From Bacteroidetes bacterium SB0662_bin_6 (GTDB lineage Bacteria; Bacteroidota; Rhodothermia; Rhodothermales; VXPQ01), in assembly GCA_009839485.1 (NCBI GenBank), contig VXPQ01000053.1, positions 12,060 to 76,059 on the forward strand: DNA of 64,000 nucleotides, written 5' to 3'. The notes under the pieces were generated by a model. The model was not told where the DNA came from and searched no databases. It saw only the letters and a program-made list of their open reading frames with translations. Each line of letters starts with the position of its first letter. The stretch's first letter is position 1. Position numbers and translations under genes: made by a program. Of the stretch, positions 36,745 to 46,377 are shown piece after piece.

Positions 36745-37821
36745 TCAAACACCAATGAACTTCTCGCTCCGAACCGCGCACGCGCCCGGCGGTTCCGGAC
36801 GCCGCAATTCCTCCTCCACCCATGTGCGAATGAACCGCCCCAATTGTTCAAATTCGATCAGAAAAGCATCGTGTCCATCCGGCGACCGGATGACCTCGAG
36901 CCGGGCCCCGGGAATCAACGAAGCCAATTCTTCCTGTTCGGCCAACGGATACAGTACATCGGAATCGACGCCGATAACCAATGTTTTCTTGTCCATGCTG
37001 CGCAACACATCCTCGTACGCGCCACGCCCGCGGGCGACATCGTGCGTATCCATCTGGTGCGTGAGATGCACATAACAGTTGGCATCGAACCGGTTCACCA
37101 GTTTGTCGCCCTGATAGCGCAGGTAACTCTCGACAGCGAACATATCTTCCGCACCATCCTGAGGACTGCGCCCGAATCGTCTGGTCAATGAACCCGAAGA
37201 GCGGTACGTCAGCATGGCGATCATGCGGGCCGTCGCCAATCCCTGCCGGGGTTGCTCCGTGTACTGCCCGTCGTTCCAGAGCGGATCTGCGTAGATGGCC
37301 TGCCGCTGGGTTTCGCTGAACCCGATACACCACGCGGAATGCCGCCCCCCCACGCCAATCGGTACAATACCGTCCACGAAATCATCCTCGAAGGCCCATT
37401 CAAGCGATTGCATGCCGCCCATGGACCCCCCAAGGGCAAACAATACCCGGCGTACGCCGAGCGCCTCCAGCACCTCCCGGTGCGCCCGCACCGTGTCGCG
37501 AATGGTCACGGCCGGAAACCCGGGGCCGTACGGCTCGCCGGTCTCGGGATTGTTCGAGACCGGGGAGGCCGAACCGTACGGCGACCCGAGTACATTCAGG
37601 CAAACGACAAAGAACCGGTTCGTATCGAGCGCTCGATCCGGCCCGATGAGCGGTCCCCACCAATCGTCCGCCGCCGAACTGCCCGTCAGGGCATGGCAAA
37701 CGACGATCACATTGTCGCCTTGTGCATTCAACTCGCCCCAGGACGAATAGGCAACGGGTACGTCCGTCATCGTACGTCCCGAATCGAGCTGCAGCGTCGG
37801 AACCCTGAACACCTCAGCCAT
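36745..37821 (-). CDS. metX: homoserine O-acetyltransferase
   Basis: NVIVVCHALTGSS, FFVVCLNVLGSPYGS, the nucleophile elbow GGSMGGMQ, and GHDAFLIE. Confidence 0.93.
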   Translation of the reverse strand: MAEVFRVPTLQLDSGRTMTDVPVAYSSWGELNAQGDNVIVVCHALTGSSAADDWWGPLIGPDRALDTNRFFVVCLNVLGSPYGSASPVSNNPETGEPYGPGFPAVTIRDTVRAHREVLEALGVRRVLFALGGSMGGMQSLEWAFEDDFVDGIVPIGVGGRHSAWCIGFSETQRQAIYADPLWNDGQYTEQPRQGLATARMIAMLTYRSSGSLTRRFGRSPQDGAEDMFAVESYLRYQGDKLVNRFDANCYVHLTHQMDTHDVARGRGAYEDVLRSMDKKTLVIGVDSDVLYPLAEQEELASLIPGARLEVIRSPDGHDAFLIEFEQLGRFIRTWVEEELRRPEPPGACAVRSEKFIGV

Positions 37822-37838
37822 GAATCGATCCGGTTTAT

Positions 37839-39203
<1,365 letters not shown>

Positions 39204-39287
39204 TTACCTGTTAGGGATGTCGAGACGGCTCTTCCCGAAGAGATGGAGGCCGCAGGCGGCGCGGCCTTCGCCAACGAAAGAGGGCAT

Positions 39288-39322
39288 AAAAAAACCCCCT
39301 CCGCGTCGACGTGCGGAAGAGG
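39288..39322 (-). terminator. intrinsic terminator (expression platform of the SAM-I riboswitch)
   Basis: The minus-strand RNA reads CCUCUUCCGC-ACGUCGAC-GCGGAGGGGG followed by UUUUUUU. The stem is 10 bp of GC and GU pairs. It lies about 115 nt upstream of the metY ATG. Confidence 0.72.
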
Positions 39323-39354
39323 CGAAAGTCCTTGACGGACAGGGAATCTCTCCC

Positions 39355-39506
39355 GCTCATCTTTCCTCGCGGGCTCCCGTTGCACCGAAGTGCGCCGGAG
39401 CGAGGCAGGAATTGGCACCTTTCCCTGTTCGCCGATCTTTAACCGGTCGAACGCGGCGGTTGCCAGGGCTTCAAAGGGCCTGCACCCTCCACCCTTCTGG
39501 ATGAGC
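39355..39506 (-). promoter_or_regulatory. SAM-I (S-box) riboswitch aptamer
   Basis: The minus strand reads GCUCAUCCAGAAGGGUGGAGGGUGCAGGCCCUUUGAAGCCCUGGCAACC...AAGGUGCCAAUUCCUGC...GAAAGAUGAGC. P1 is CUCAUC/GAUGAG. The GGUGGAGGG, GGCCC..GAA..CC.GGCAACC and GGUGC.AAUUCC core blocks match the SAM-I consensus. Confidence 0.85.
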
Positions 39507-39820
39507 TATCTGAAACATCGTTTCATGGGCTCTGCTACAGAGGGGTTTCAGCGAAGGTTCCCGGATCCTCAAAAAAATTTTTGCGGGAAATGAAAACAAG
39601 GGAGCCGGAGGCGGTCTCCCGGAGGCCCTGGAGCAAACACACCGGGAATCCGGACGGCGCATGCAAGGCATTGGATCAAATCTCACCTCGACTTCATGGA
39701 CATCGCTGCCCTCTCACCCTTCTCGTCCGTATCTTTCAACAGGTTCTGTGCCGCAGAGAGGATTCCGCAATACCATTTCCTCTGTAGCATTCTCCTGCTC
39801 ACCCTTCCCGATCCGACACG

Positions 39821-40699
39821 ATGCCCGGTAAAATCATGGACGGACGCGCCGTTGCTCAAGCCGTCCGTGAAGAAGTTCGCGAAGAAGTAGCGGCATGGAC
39901 CGCAAGCGGCCATCGCTCCCCTCGACTCGCGGTCGTATTGGTGGGGGACCACCCCGCCTCCGCCTCCTACGTACGCGGTAAAACAAAAGCCTCTGCCGAA
40001 GTCGGCGTGGAAAGCGAAACGATCCTCCGGGACGCCGATATATCCGAACAGTCGCTGCTCGAACTTATCCGTGCGCTGAATGCAAACGACAGCGTAGACG
40101 GCATCCTCGTGCAGTTACCGCTCCCCGGGCATATCTCCGAAAAACGGGTCATCCATACGATCGATCCGGCGAAAGATGTCGACGGATTTCATCCCGAGAA
40201 CGTAGGGCGCCTGCTGATCGGCGACCCGGCTTTTGTGTCTGCCACCCCGGCAGGCGTCATGGAATTGCTTGCCCGTGCGAAGATTGACATTCCCGGTAAA
40301 CGGGCCGCCATCGTCGGACGATCGAATATCGTGGGAAAGCCCCTGGCAGCGCTTCTGATGCAGCGCGGAACGGACGCCACCGTGACCGTGTGCCACAGCT
40401 GGACGAAACACCTCGAAAACATCACGCGACAGGCCGATATCCTCGTGGCCGCCATAGGCCGCCCCGGATTTATCACGCAGGATATGGTAAAACCCGGTGC
40501 AACGGTCATCGATGTAGGCATCAACCGGGTCGACGACCCGTCTCGAGAGCGAGGCTATCGCCTCGTGGGAGACGTGGATTTTGACGGCGTGGCGGAGCAG
40601 GCGGGGCATATCACCCCCGTGCCCGGAGGGGTAGGTCCCATGACCATTGCCATGCTGCTCAGGAATACACTGGCTGCTGCGCAGGGAACGTACCGTTAG
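39821..40699 (+). CDS. folD: bifunctional methylenetetrahydrofolate dehydrogenase / methenyltetrahydrofolate cyclohydrolase
   Basis: GKIMDGRAVA, PRLAVVLVGDHPASASYVRGKTKA, VDGILVQLPLP, IVGRSNIVGKPLAALL and ITPVPGGVGPMTIAMLL. Confidence 0.95.
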   Translation: MPGKIMDGRAVAQAVREEVREEVAAWTASGHRSPRLAVVLVGDHPASASYVRGKTKASAEVGVESETILRDADISEQSLLELIRALNANDSVDGILVQLPLPGHISEKRVIHTIDPAKDVDGFHPENVGRLLIGDPAFVSATPAGVMELLARAKIDIPGKRAAIVGRSNIVGKPLAALLMQRGTDATVTVCHSWTKHLENITRQADILVAAIGRPGFITQDMVKPGATVIDVGINRVDDPSRERGYRLVGDVDFDGVAEQAGHITPVPGGVGPMTIAMLLRNTLAAAQGTYR

Positions 40700-40801
40700 G
40701 GTCTGTTAGCAAAGGTTTCACCCGACAGCACGCCACGGATCTTTTCGGAGCGTTCCCTGCAAGATCCGGAGAGGAAACCCCTGCCCGGAAACCTTGTCCC
40801 C

Positions 40802-40830
40802 TTGACAGGGGTACCAGCGGAAGTTATTAT
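40802..40830 (+). promoter_or_regulatory. sigma-70-type promoter candidate (TTGACA-N17-TATTAT)
   Basis: TTGACA at 40802-40807, a 17-nt spacer, and TATTAT at 40825-40830. The inverted repeat GGGGTAC (40808-14) / GTACCCC (40831-37) brackets the -10 element. Confidence 0.5.
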
Positions 40831-40837
40831 GTACCCC

Positions 40838-41042
40838 TACTGCAGTAAATGGCTGTAGCGCCTGACCGGCTCCATGCATGCATCCTGCACACATACCCGT
40901 CGTTTCGTTGCGTTCCCGTCGCGCCTGCGACGAGGATGCTTGCTTTTTGCGTGGAGAAGCGCTTCGCCATAACTTCCGGCGGGAATTACCCCCGCCCAGA
41001 TTGCCTGCACAGCGCTGATTCACTTGGGTCAGCGCTTTTTTT
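40838..41042 (+). promoter_or_regulatory. candidate ~200-nt structured leader RNA (or independent sRNA) preceding argG
   Basis: Bounded by the promoter candidate and the terminator. Internal helices are GCATCCT/AGGATGC (40880-86 with 40933-39), GTCGC/GCGAC (40918-22 with 40927-31) and GGCGGG/CCCGCC (40978-83 with 40991-96). There is no convincing ORF. I do not recognise it as any known RNA family. Confidence 0.4.
41011..41042 (+). terminator. intrinsic terminator 62 nt upstream of the argG start
   Basis: AGCGCTGATTC (41011-21) pairs with GGGTCAGCGCT (41026-36) around a 4-nt loop. That is 11 bp including 2 GU pairs, followed by a T run to 41042. Confidence 0.75.
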
Positions 41043-41104
41043 GTACCGCGCGGGCCTACCGTTGTCCAACCGCACAATTTTCTATCTTTTCCTACACGAT
41101 AACG

Positions 41105-42328
41105 ATGGCCATAGTACTTGCTTTTAGCGGCGGCCTCGATACGTCTTTTTGCGTGCCTTATCTCGCCGAAACCTTCGACGAGCCGATATATACGGTTACG
41201 GTCAATACAGGAGGGCTCTCGGAGAAAGAGGCGCAAGGCGTCGAGGCCCGCGCCCGGGCGCTTGGCGCCGCCCGACACATCCTCGTGGATGCACGCAAGG
41301 CCCTCTTTGACGATCACCTGAGTTACCTGATCAAGGGGAACGTCCTGCGCGGCGGCGTATACCCGTTGTGTGTCGGACCGGAACGGGTAACACAAGCCCG
41401 CATGGTGGTGCATGCGGCACAGCAAACCGGCGCACGGGCTATTGCCCACGGATCGACCGGCGCCGGAAACGACCAGGTCCGCTTCGATGTCGCCGTGCGC
41501 CTGCTGGCGGACGACATGGACATCCTGACCCCAATCCGCTCACTGGGGCTGAGTCGCGAGAAAACTACAGCCTTTTTGCAGGAACGCGGTTTCGACGTAC
41601 CCCGCAAAACCACAGTGTGGTCCATCAACCGGGGCCTCTGGGGCACCACGATTGGAGGAGGCGAAACCCTAACCTCCGCCAACCCGCTCCCCGAAGAGGG
41701 ATGGGTCGATACGGTAGCGCCTGCCAGCGCGCCCGACGCAGGACAGGAATGGGTGATCGGCTTCGAGAAAGGTCTTCCCGTTTCCATCAATGAATCGCTT
41801 CTCGATCCAGTGACCCTTATTGAAACTCTCAATACCGAGGGAGCTGCACACGGCGTCGGGAGAGGAATGCATGTAGGCGACACGATTCTTGGGGTCAAGG
41901 GACGCGTGGCTTTCGAGGCGCCGGCCCCGGCAATCCTGCTCTCTGCGCATCGCGAACTGGAAAAAATCGTGCTTACGAACCGGCAACGTTTCCAAAAGGA
42001 TCATCTGGCGGACTACTATGGACAGATGCTCCACGAAGGGCAGTATTTCGACCCGGTAATGCGGGATATTGAAGCGCTCATCGATTCATCGCAGACTGTC
42101 GTCACCGGTACGGTACGGGTAAAAGCACGTCAGGGATGTATCGAGGTGCCGGGCTGCGAAAGTCCTTATTCGATGTTCGACCCCCGCGTGGCTGTCTACG
42201 GGGAAACCAACGCATTGTGGGATGGACGAGACGCCGAAGGCTTTACGCAGATTTACGGCGTGCAGGCTCTATTGGCGCATAGAGCACGCCGCAATGCGGA
42301 AAACGCGCCGAAAGAATCGCCCGCCTGA
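41105..42328 (+). CDS. argG: argininosuccinate synthase
   Basis: MAIVLAFSGGLDTSFCVPYL, AHGSTGAGNDQVRF and SINRGLWGTTIGGGE motifs. The track's N-terminal extension is rejected. Confidence 0.95.
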   Translation: MAIVLAFSGGLDTSFCVPYLAETFDEPIYTVTVNTGGLSEKEAQGVEARARALGAARHILVDARKALFDDHLSYLIKGNVLRGGVYPLCVGPERVTQARMVVHAAQQTGARAIAHGSTGAGNDQVRFDVAVRLLADDMDILTPIRSLGLSREKTTAFLQERGFDVPRKTTVWSINRGLWGTTIGGGETLTSANPLPEEGWVDTVAPASAPDAGQEWVIGFEKGLPVSINESLLDPVTLIETLNTEGAAHGVGRGMHVGDTILGVKGRVAFEAPAPAILLSAHRELEKIVLTNRQRFQKDHLADYYGQMLHEGQYFDPVMRDIEALIDSSQTVVTGTVRVKARQGCIEVPGCESPYSMFDPRVAVYGETNALWDGRDAEGFTQIYGVQALLAHRARRNAENAPKESPA

Positions 42329-42352
42329 CACACGCACTCATTGCATGCTGCC

Positions 42353-43375
42353 ATGAATAACCGGATAGCTCTGCTTCACGGAGCAGGATACACGGGCGGC
42401 GAATTGATCCGCCTGCTTCTTACCCACCCGGAGGCCCGGCTTACCACCGTTACCAGTCGGGCGTACACCGGGAAACCGGTATGGTGCGCTCACCCGCATC
42501 TGCGCGGACAACTGGATCTGGTCTTCAGCAAACCGGACGAGTTCGACCCCGGTGAGGCAGACATTATCTTCATAGCTGCCGAGCACGGCAAAAGCGCCGG
42601 AATCGCAGCAAAGATATTCGCGGACGGATTTGACGGGATACTTATTGACCTGAGCGCAGATTTTCGGCTCGGGAGCGCCTCCCTGTACAAAACATGGTTT
42701 GATTTCGCACACCCGGCGCCCGACCTGCTGTCGTCGTTCGTATATGGCCTTCCGGAAATTTGCGCACCGTACCCCTCGGGGACAAAGCGTATTGCGAATC
42801 CGGGTTGTTTCGCGACGGGCATCAGTCTGGCGCTGTGGCCGGTTACGCAGCATATGGAAACCGTAGATGCCTTTGTAACCGCCTGGACAGGCGCTTCGGG
42901 TTCGGGGGCACGCCCCAAGACCGCCACGCACTTCCCGACCCGGGACGGAAATGTGCGGGCTTACAAAGCGCTGAATCACCAGCACCTCCCCGAAATAAAG
43001 CAGGTGCTGGGACCGGACACAGAGATTCGTTTCGTGCCCGTTTCCGGCCCTTGGACACGCGGTATCTGGGGTGTAGCGGATATTCCGCTGCCTGCAGGCG
43101 CCGCAGCGTCCGATGTGGAACAATGGTATACGGAAGCCTATGCGGACTGTCCGTTTGTCCGGCTCTATACGGATGGGCTCCCGGAACTTCGGTTTGCGGT
43201 ACATTCCCCTTTCTGTGACATCGGATGGATCGTCCGGGACGGGCGCCTGTTGGTCGGTTTTGCGGAAGACAATCTGATCAAGGGAGCTTCCGGACAAGCC
43301 GTCCAGAATCTCAATCTTCTTCTCGGCTTGCCTGAAACGGCAGGTCTTCTTCCCGCCTCAAAGGCGCCATTTTGA
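42353..43375 (+). CDS. argC: N-acetyl-gamma-glutamyl-phosphate reductase
   Basis: IALLHGAGYTGGELIRLL and the active-site region NPGCFATGISLAL. ATG 42353 chosen over the TTG at 42341. Confidence 0.92.
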   Translation: MNNRIALLHGAGYTGGELIRLLLTHPEARLTTVTSRAYTGKPVWCAHPHLRGQLDLVFSKPDEFDPGEADIIFIAAEHGKSAGIAAKIFADGFDGILIDLSADFRLGSASLYKTWFDFAHPAPDLLSSFVYGLPEICAPYPSGTKRIANPGCFATGISLALWPVTQHMETVDAFVTAWTGASGSGARPKTATHFPTRDGNVRAYKALNHQHLPEIKQVLGPDTEIRFVPVSGPWTRGIWGVADIPLPAGAAASDVEQWYTEAYADCPFVRLYTDGLPELRFAVHSPFCDIGWIVRDGRLLVGFAEDNLIKGASGQAVQNLNLLLGLPETAGLLPASKAPF

Positions 43376-43391
43376 ACGCGCGCCCTATACC

Positions 43392-44582
43392 ATGACTACG
43401 CAGGAAGCTATCACACTCGAAAACCTCTATCAGATCCCCACGTACGCCCGCATGCCCATGGTGCTCACCCGAGGCGAGGGCAGCTACGTATGGGATACCG
43501 ACGGGCGAAAATATCTGGACCTTTACGGGGGGCACTGCGTGGCGCTGCTGGGGCATAGTCCCATCCGGGTTGTGGAAGCAATCCGGGCGCAAGCCGAACA
43601 ACTCCTCTTTTATTCCAATACCGTCTACAACGATACGCGAGCCCGTGCACTTGAGCGTCTCGGGACACTCGCCCCGGAAGGACTCCGGCATGTGTTCTTT
43701 TGCAATTCGGGCGCTGAGGCAAACGAAACGACGCTCAAACTGGCGCGCAAGCATACCGGACGGCCCCGCATTCTGGCTATGGAGGGCGGGTTTCACGGAC
43801 GCACGCTCGGCTGCCTCGCCGTCACATGGAAAAATGCGTACCGGGCGCCGTACCGGGATGTGCTGGCGGCCGCCACATTCGTGCCTTTCGGGGATGCGGC
43901 TGCTGCCGAGGAAGCGTTTGAAGCACATGATGATATTGCGGCAGTGCTCCTTGAGCCTATCCAGAGTATGGCAGGTATGATCGAAGCACCAGCGACATAC
44001 TACCGCACGTTGCGGGAGCTATGCGACCGGCATGGGGCCCTGCTGCTCTTTGACGAAATACAGACGGGGGTAGGCCGCACAGGTACATTCTCCATCAGTA
44101 TGCAGTACGGAGTACGCCCGGATTGTATTTCACTCGCGAAAAGCCTTGGGGCGGGTGTGCCGGTGGGTGCCGTGCTTCTTTCCGATGAGATTGCATCGAC
44201 CGTGAAGTCAGGGGACCAGGGAACAACCTTCGGGGGCGGGATGATAGCCATGGCCGCTGTGGAGGCTACGCTCAGGACGCTGGTTGAAGAGAATCTCATG
44301 CCACGAGCATCCAAACTGTTCGAACGCGTCCGCAGCGGGCTGGAACCGCTCAACTGCAGCGTACGCGGGCGGGGCGGACTCATAGGTGTCGTGCTGGATC
44401 GCCCTGCCTCTCCGGTTCGCGAGGCGTTGCTGGAACAAGGCATTCTTACAGGAGGAGCAGACGATCCGAACGTGATCCGTCTCATGCCTCCGATTAACAC
44501 CCCCTTCGAAGCACTGGATATGTTCTGTGAGGCCCTTGCATCCGCACTAGACATCCGTCAAACCGTAGATATCGATACATGA
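43392..44582 (+). CDS. argD: acetylornithine (or succinylornithine) aminotransferase, class III
   Basis: FFCNSGAEANETTLKLAR, FHGRT, LLFDEIQTGVGRTG and SLAKSLGAGVPVG (PLP lysine). ATGA overlap with argF'. Confidence 0.9.
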   Translation: MTTQEAITLENLYQIPTYARMPMVLTRGEGSYVWDTDGRKYLDLYGGHCVALLGHSPIRVVEAIRAQAEQLLFYSNTVYNDTRARALERLGTLAPEGLRHVFFCNSGAEANETTLKLARKHTGRPRILAMEGGFHGRTLGCLAVTWKNAYRAPYRDVLAAATFVPFGDAAAAEEAFEAHDDIAAVLLEPIQSMAGMIEAPATYYRTLRELCDRHGALLLFDEIQTGVGRTGTFSISMQYGVRPDCISLAKSLGAGVPVGAVLLSDEIASTVKSGDQGTTFGGGMIAMAAVEATLRTLVEENLMPRASKLFERVRSGLEPLNCSVRGRGGLIGVVLDRPASPVREALLEQGILTGGADDPNVIRLMPPINTPFEALDMFCEALASALDIRQTVDIDT

Positions 44583-45571
44583 GACACTTGATCGACTGGC
44601 AATCGCTCAACCGCGTGATATGGAATGCGGCGGTGGAGCGGGCCTTGCATTACTACGAAAACGCCGGAAAATGGACGGATACCGCCCGGGGGCGCAGCAT
44701 CGGGCTCATGTTTTTCAACCCTTCGCTGCGTACCAGAACCTCCATGGAACTGGCGGCAGCACAACTCGGAGCCTACTCGACCGTACTCACCCCCGGTCAG
44801 GAAACATGGCGTTTCGCCTTCGAGCGGGGCGCCGTCATGGATGGCGAGGAGGCAGAGCATATCCGGGAAGCCATTGGCGTGCTGTCGAAGTATTACGACG
44901 CGCTCGGCGTACGGCTCTTCGCCTCGCTCAAGAGTTTCAACAAGGATCGGGAGGAAAGGCTCATCCGCACCATCGCCTCGGCTTCGTCCGTACCGGTCAT
45001 CAATCTCGAATCCGCCTTTTATCATCCCTGTCAGGCCCTGGCCGACGCCGCGGTTATCCGCCGGCAACTTGGCGATCCGCGCGGCAAGAAGTTTGTGCTT
45101 GCATGGACATACCATCCCAAAGCGCTCCCCATGGCCGTGCCCAATTCCGCCGTGCTGATGGCTGCCCGGTCCGGAATGCATGTGACCGTGGTGCGACCGG
45201 ACGAATACGCACTCGATTACGGGATTATGGAAACAGCCCGGTCCTACGGGGCACGCGTCGAGGAAACGGATAACCGCGAACAGGCTTTTGACGGAGCGGA
45301 TGTCGTGTACGCCAAGGCATGGAGCGGGCCGCTCGTCTATTCCGACCCGGAGCATGAACCGGTGCGGCGGGAAAGCTTGCAGGATTGGTGCATTACTACG
45401 GAATGGATGCAGAAAACGCGAGAGGCGCGCTTCATGCATTGCTTGCCTGTACGCCGCAATGTGGTCGTCGAAGACGATGTCCTGGACGGCCCGGGCGCCA
45501 TTCACCTCGAACAGGCCGAATTCCGGTTGCATGCACAGAAAGCGATTCTCGAGTATGTCTGGGGGTTGTGA
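44579..45571 (+). CDS. argF': N-acyl-L-ornithine carbamoyltransferase (AOTCase/SOTCase-type, argF')
   Basis: SLRTRTS rather than STRTR, HPCQALAD rather than HPTQ, and MHCLPVRRN. The canonical OTCase DxxxSMG ornithine loop is absent. Confidence 0.85.
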   Translation: MRHLIDWQSLNRVIWNAAVERALHYYENAGKWTDTARGRSIGLMFFNPSLRTRTSMELAAAQLGAYSTVLTPGQETWRFAFERGAVMDGEEAEHIREAIGVLSKYYDALGVRLFASLKSFNKDREERLIRTIASASSVPVINLESAFYHPCQALADAAVIRRQLGDPRGKKFVLAWTYHPKALPMAVPNSAVLMAARSGMHVTVVRPDEYALDYGIMETARSYGARVEETDNREQAFDGADVVYAKAWSGPLVYSDPEHEPVRRESLQDWCITTEWMQKTREARFMHCLPVRRNVVVEDDVLDGPGAIHLEQAEFRLHAQKAILEYVWGL

Positions 45572-46353
45572 TGAAAACGACCGTCATCAAGATGGGAGGC
45601 GCATCCGTCCTGCGCGACGAGCTCCTCGATACGCTTTGGACCTCGGTGGCCCGGTTAGCGGAAACCGGACGGGTCGTTGTCGTACACGGCGGAGGGGTCC
45701 TGGCTACCGAGATCGCCGGGCAGCTCGGCCATACCCCGCGCATGGTGCATGGTCGCCGTATCACCACCGATACCGATCTGAAAATCGTGCAATGGAGTCT
45801 GCGCGGCGAATTGAACGGGCGCCTTGTGGCCAGTGCGGTCAGGCATGGTATCAAGGCTGTGGGGTTGTCCGGCGCCGACGGCCCGTTCCTGCACGTTACC
45901 AAACGGCCTCCCTGGAATGTCGATGGAGAAACGATTGACTTCGGATGGGTCGGAGATATTGCATCCGTCGATACGGCACTCCTCGATATCCTGCTTGATC
46001 TGGGGTATGTCCCGGTAATCGCCCCGCTTGGCATCGATCACACGGGACAGTTGTATAACGTGAACGCCGATACGGTCTCCTGCGCTGTTGCGGAGGCCTT
46101 GCAGGCCGACGAATATCTGCTCGTCACGGAAATCGGAGGCATTCGCAGAAATACCGCGGATCCGGATTCGCATGTATCCTCCTTCCGTGCTGAACTACGC
46201 TCCCGGGGTGTACAGGAAGGGTGGATCACCGACGGAATGCGCGTAAAGATCGATGTGGGCTTCGCCGCGCTCAATGCCGGCATTCCGAACGTATTCATCG
46301 TGTCCCCGGAAGGGATTCGGGACCCCTCTACGGGCACCCGCATTATGCATTGA
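45571..46353 (+). CDS. argB: acetylglutamate kinase
   Basis: MKTTVIKMGGAS, VVVHGGG and LYNVNADTVSCAVAEAL. The ATG overlaps the argF' stop (TGATG). The track's upstream extension is rejected. Confidence 0.9.
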   Translation: MKTTVIKMGGASVLRDELLDTLWTSVARLAETGRVVVVHGGGVLATEIAGQLGHTPRMVHGRRITTDTDLKIVQWSLRGELNGRLVASAVRHGIKAVGLSGADGPFLHVTKRPPWNVDGETIDFGWVGDIASVDTALLDILLDLGYVPVIAPLGIDHTGQLYNVNADTVSCAVAEALQADEYLLVTEIGGIRRNTADPDSHVSSFRAELRSRGVQEGWITDGMRVKIDVGFAALNAGIPNVFIVSPEGIRDPSTGTRIMH

Positions 46354-46377
46354 CGCCCGCAACCCCCTTTCCCTGCA

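Noticed and set aside
41043-41050. GTACCGCG, which resembles part of the T-box consensus (GGUGGUACCGCG), just after the arg-leader terminator.
   Set aside because: It lies downstream of the U-tract rather than in an antiterminator bulge. The preceding GGGTG is missing. I can draw no Stem I or specifier loop with an Arg codon, and T-boxes are not expected in this lineage. It is most likely coincidence.
40718-41449. A 243-aa minus-strand ORF and the 92-aa plus ORF 40849..41127 across the folD-argG gap.
   Set aside because: The minus ORF overlaps the argG N-terminus antisense. The plus ORF reads straight through an intrinsic terminator and into argG out of frame. Neither has recognisable motifs. 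The region is better explained as a non-coding leader.
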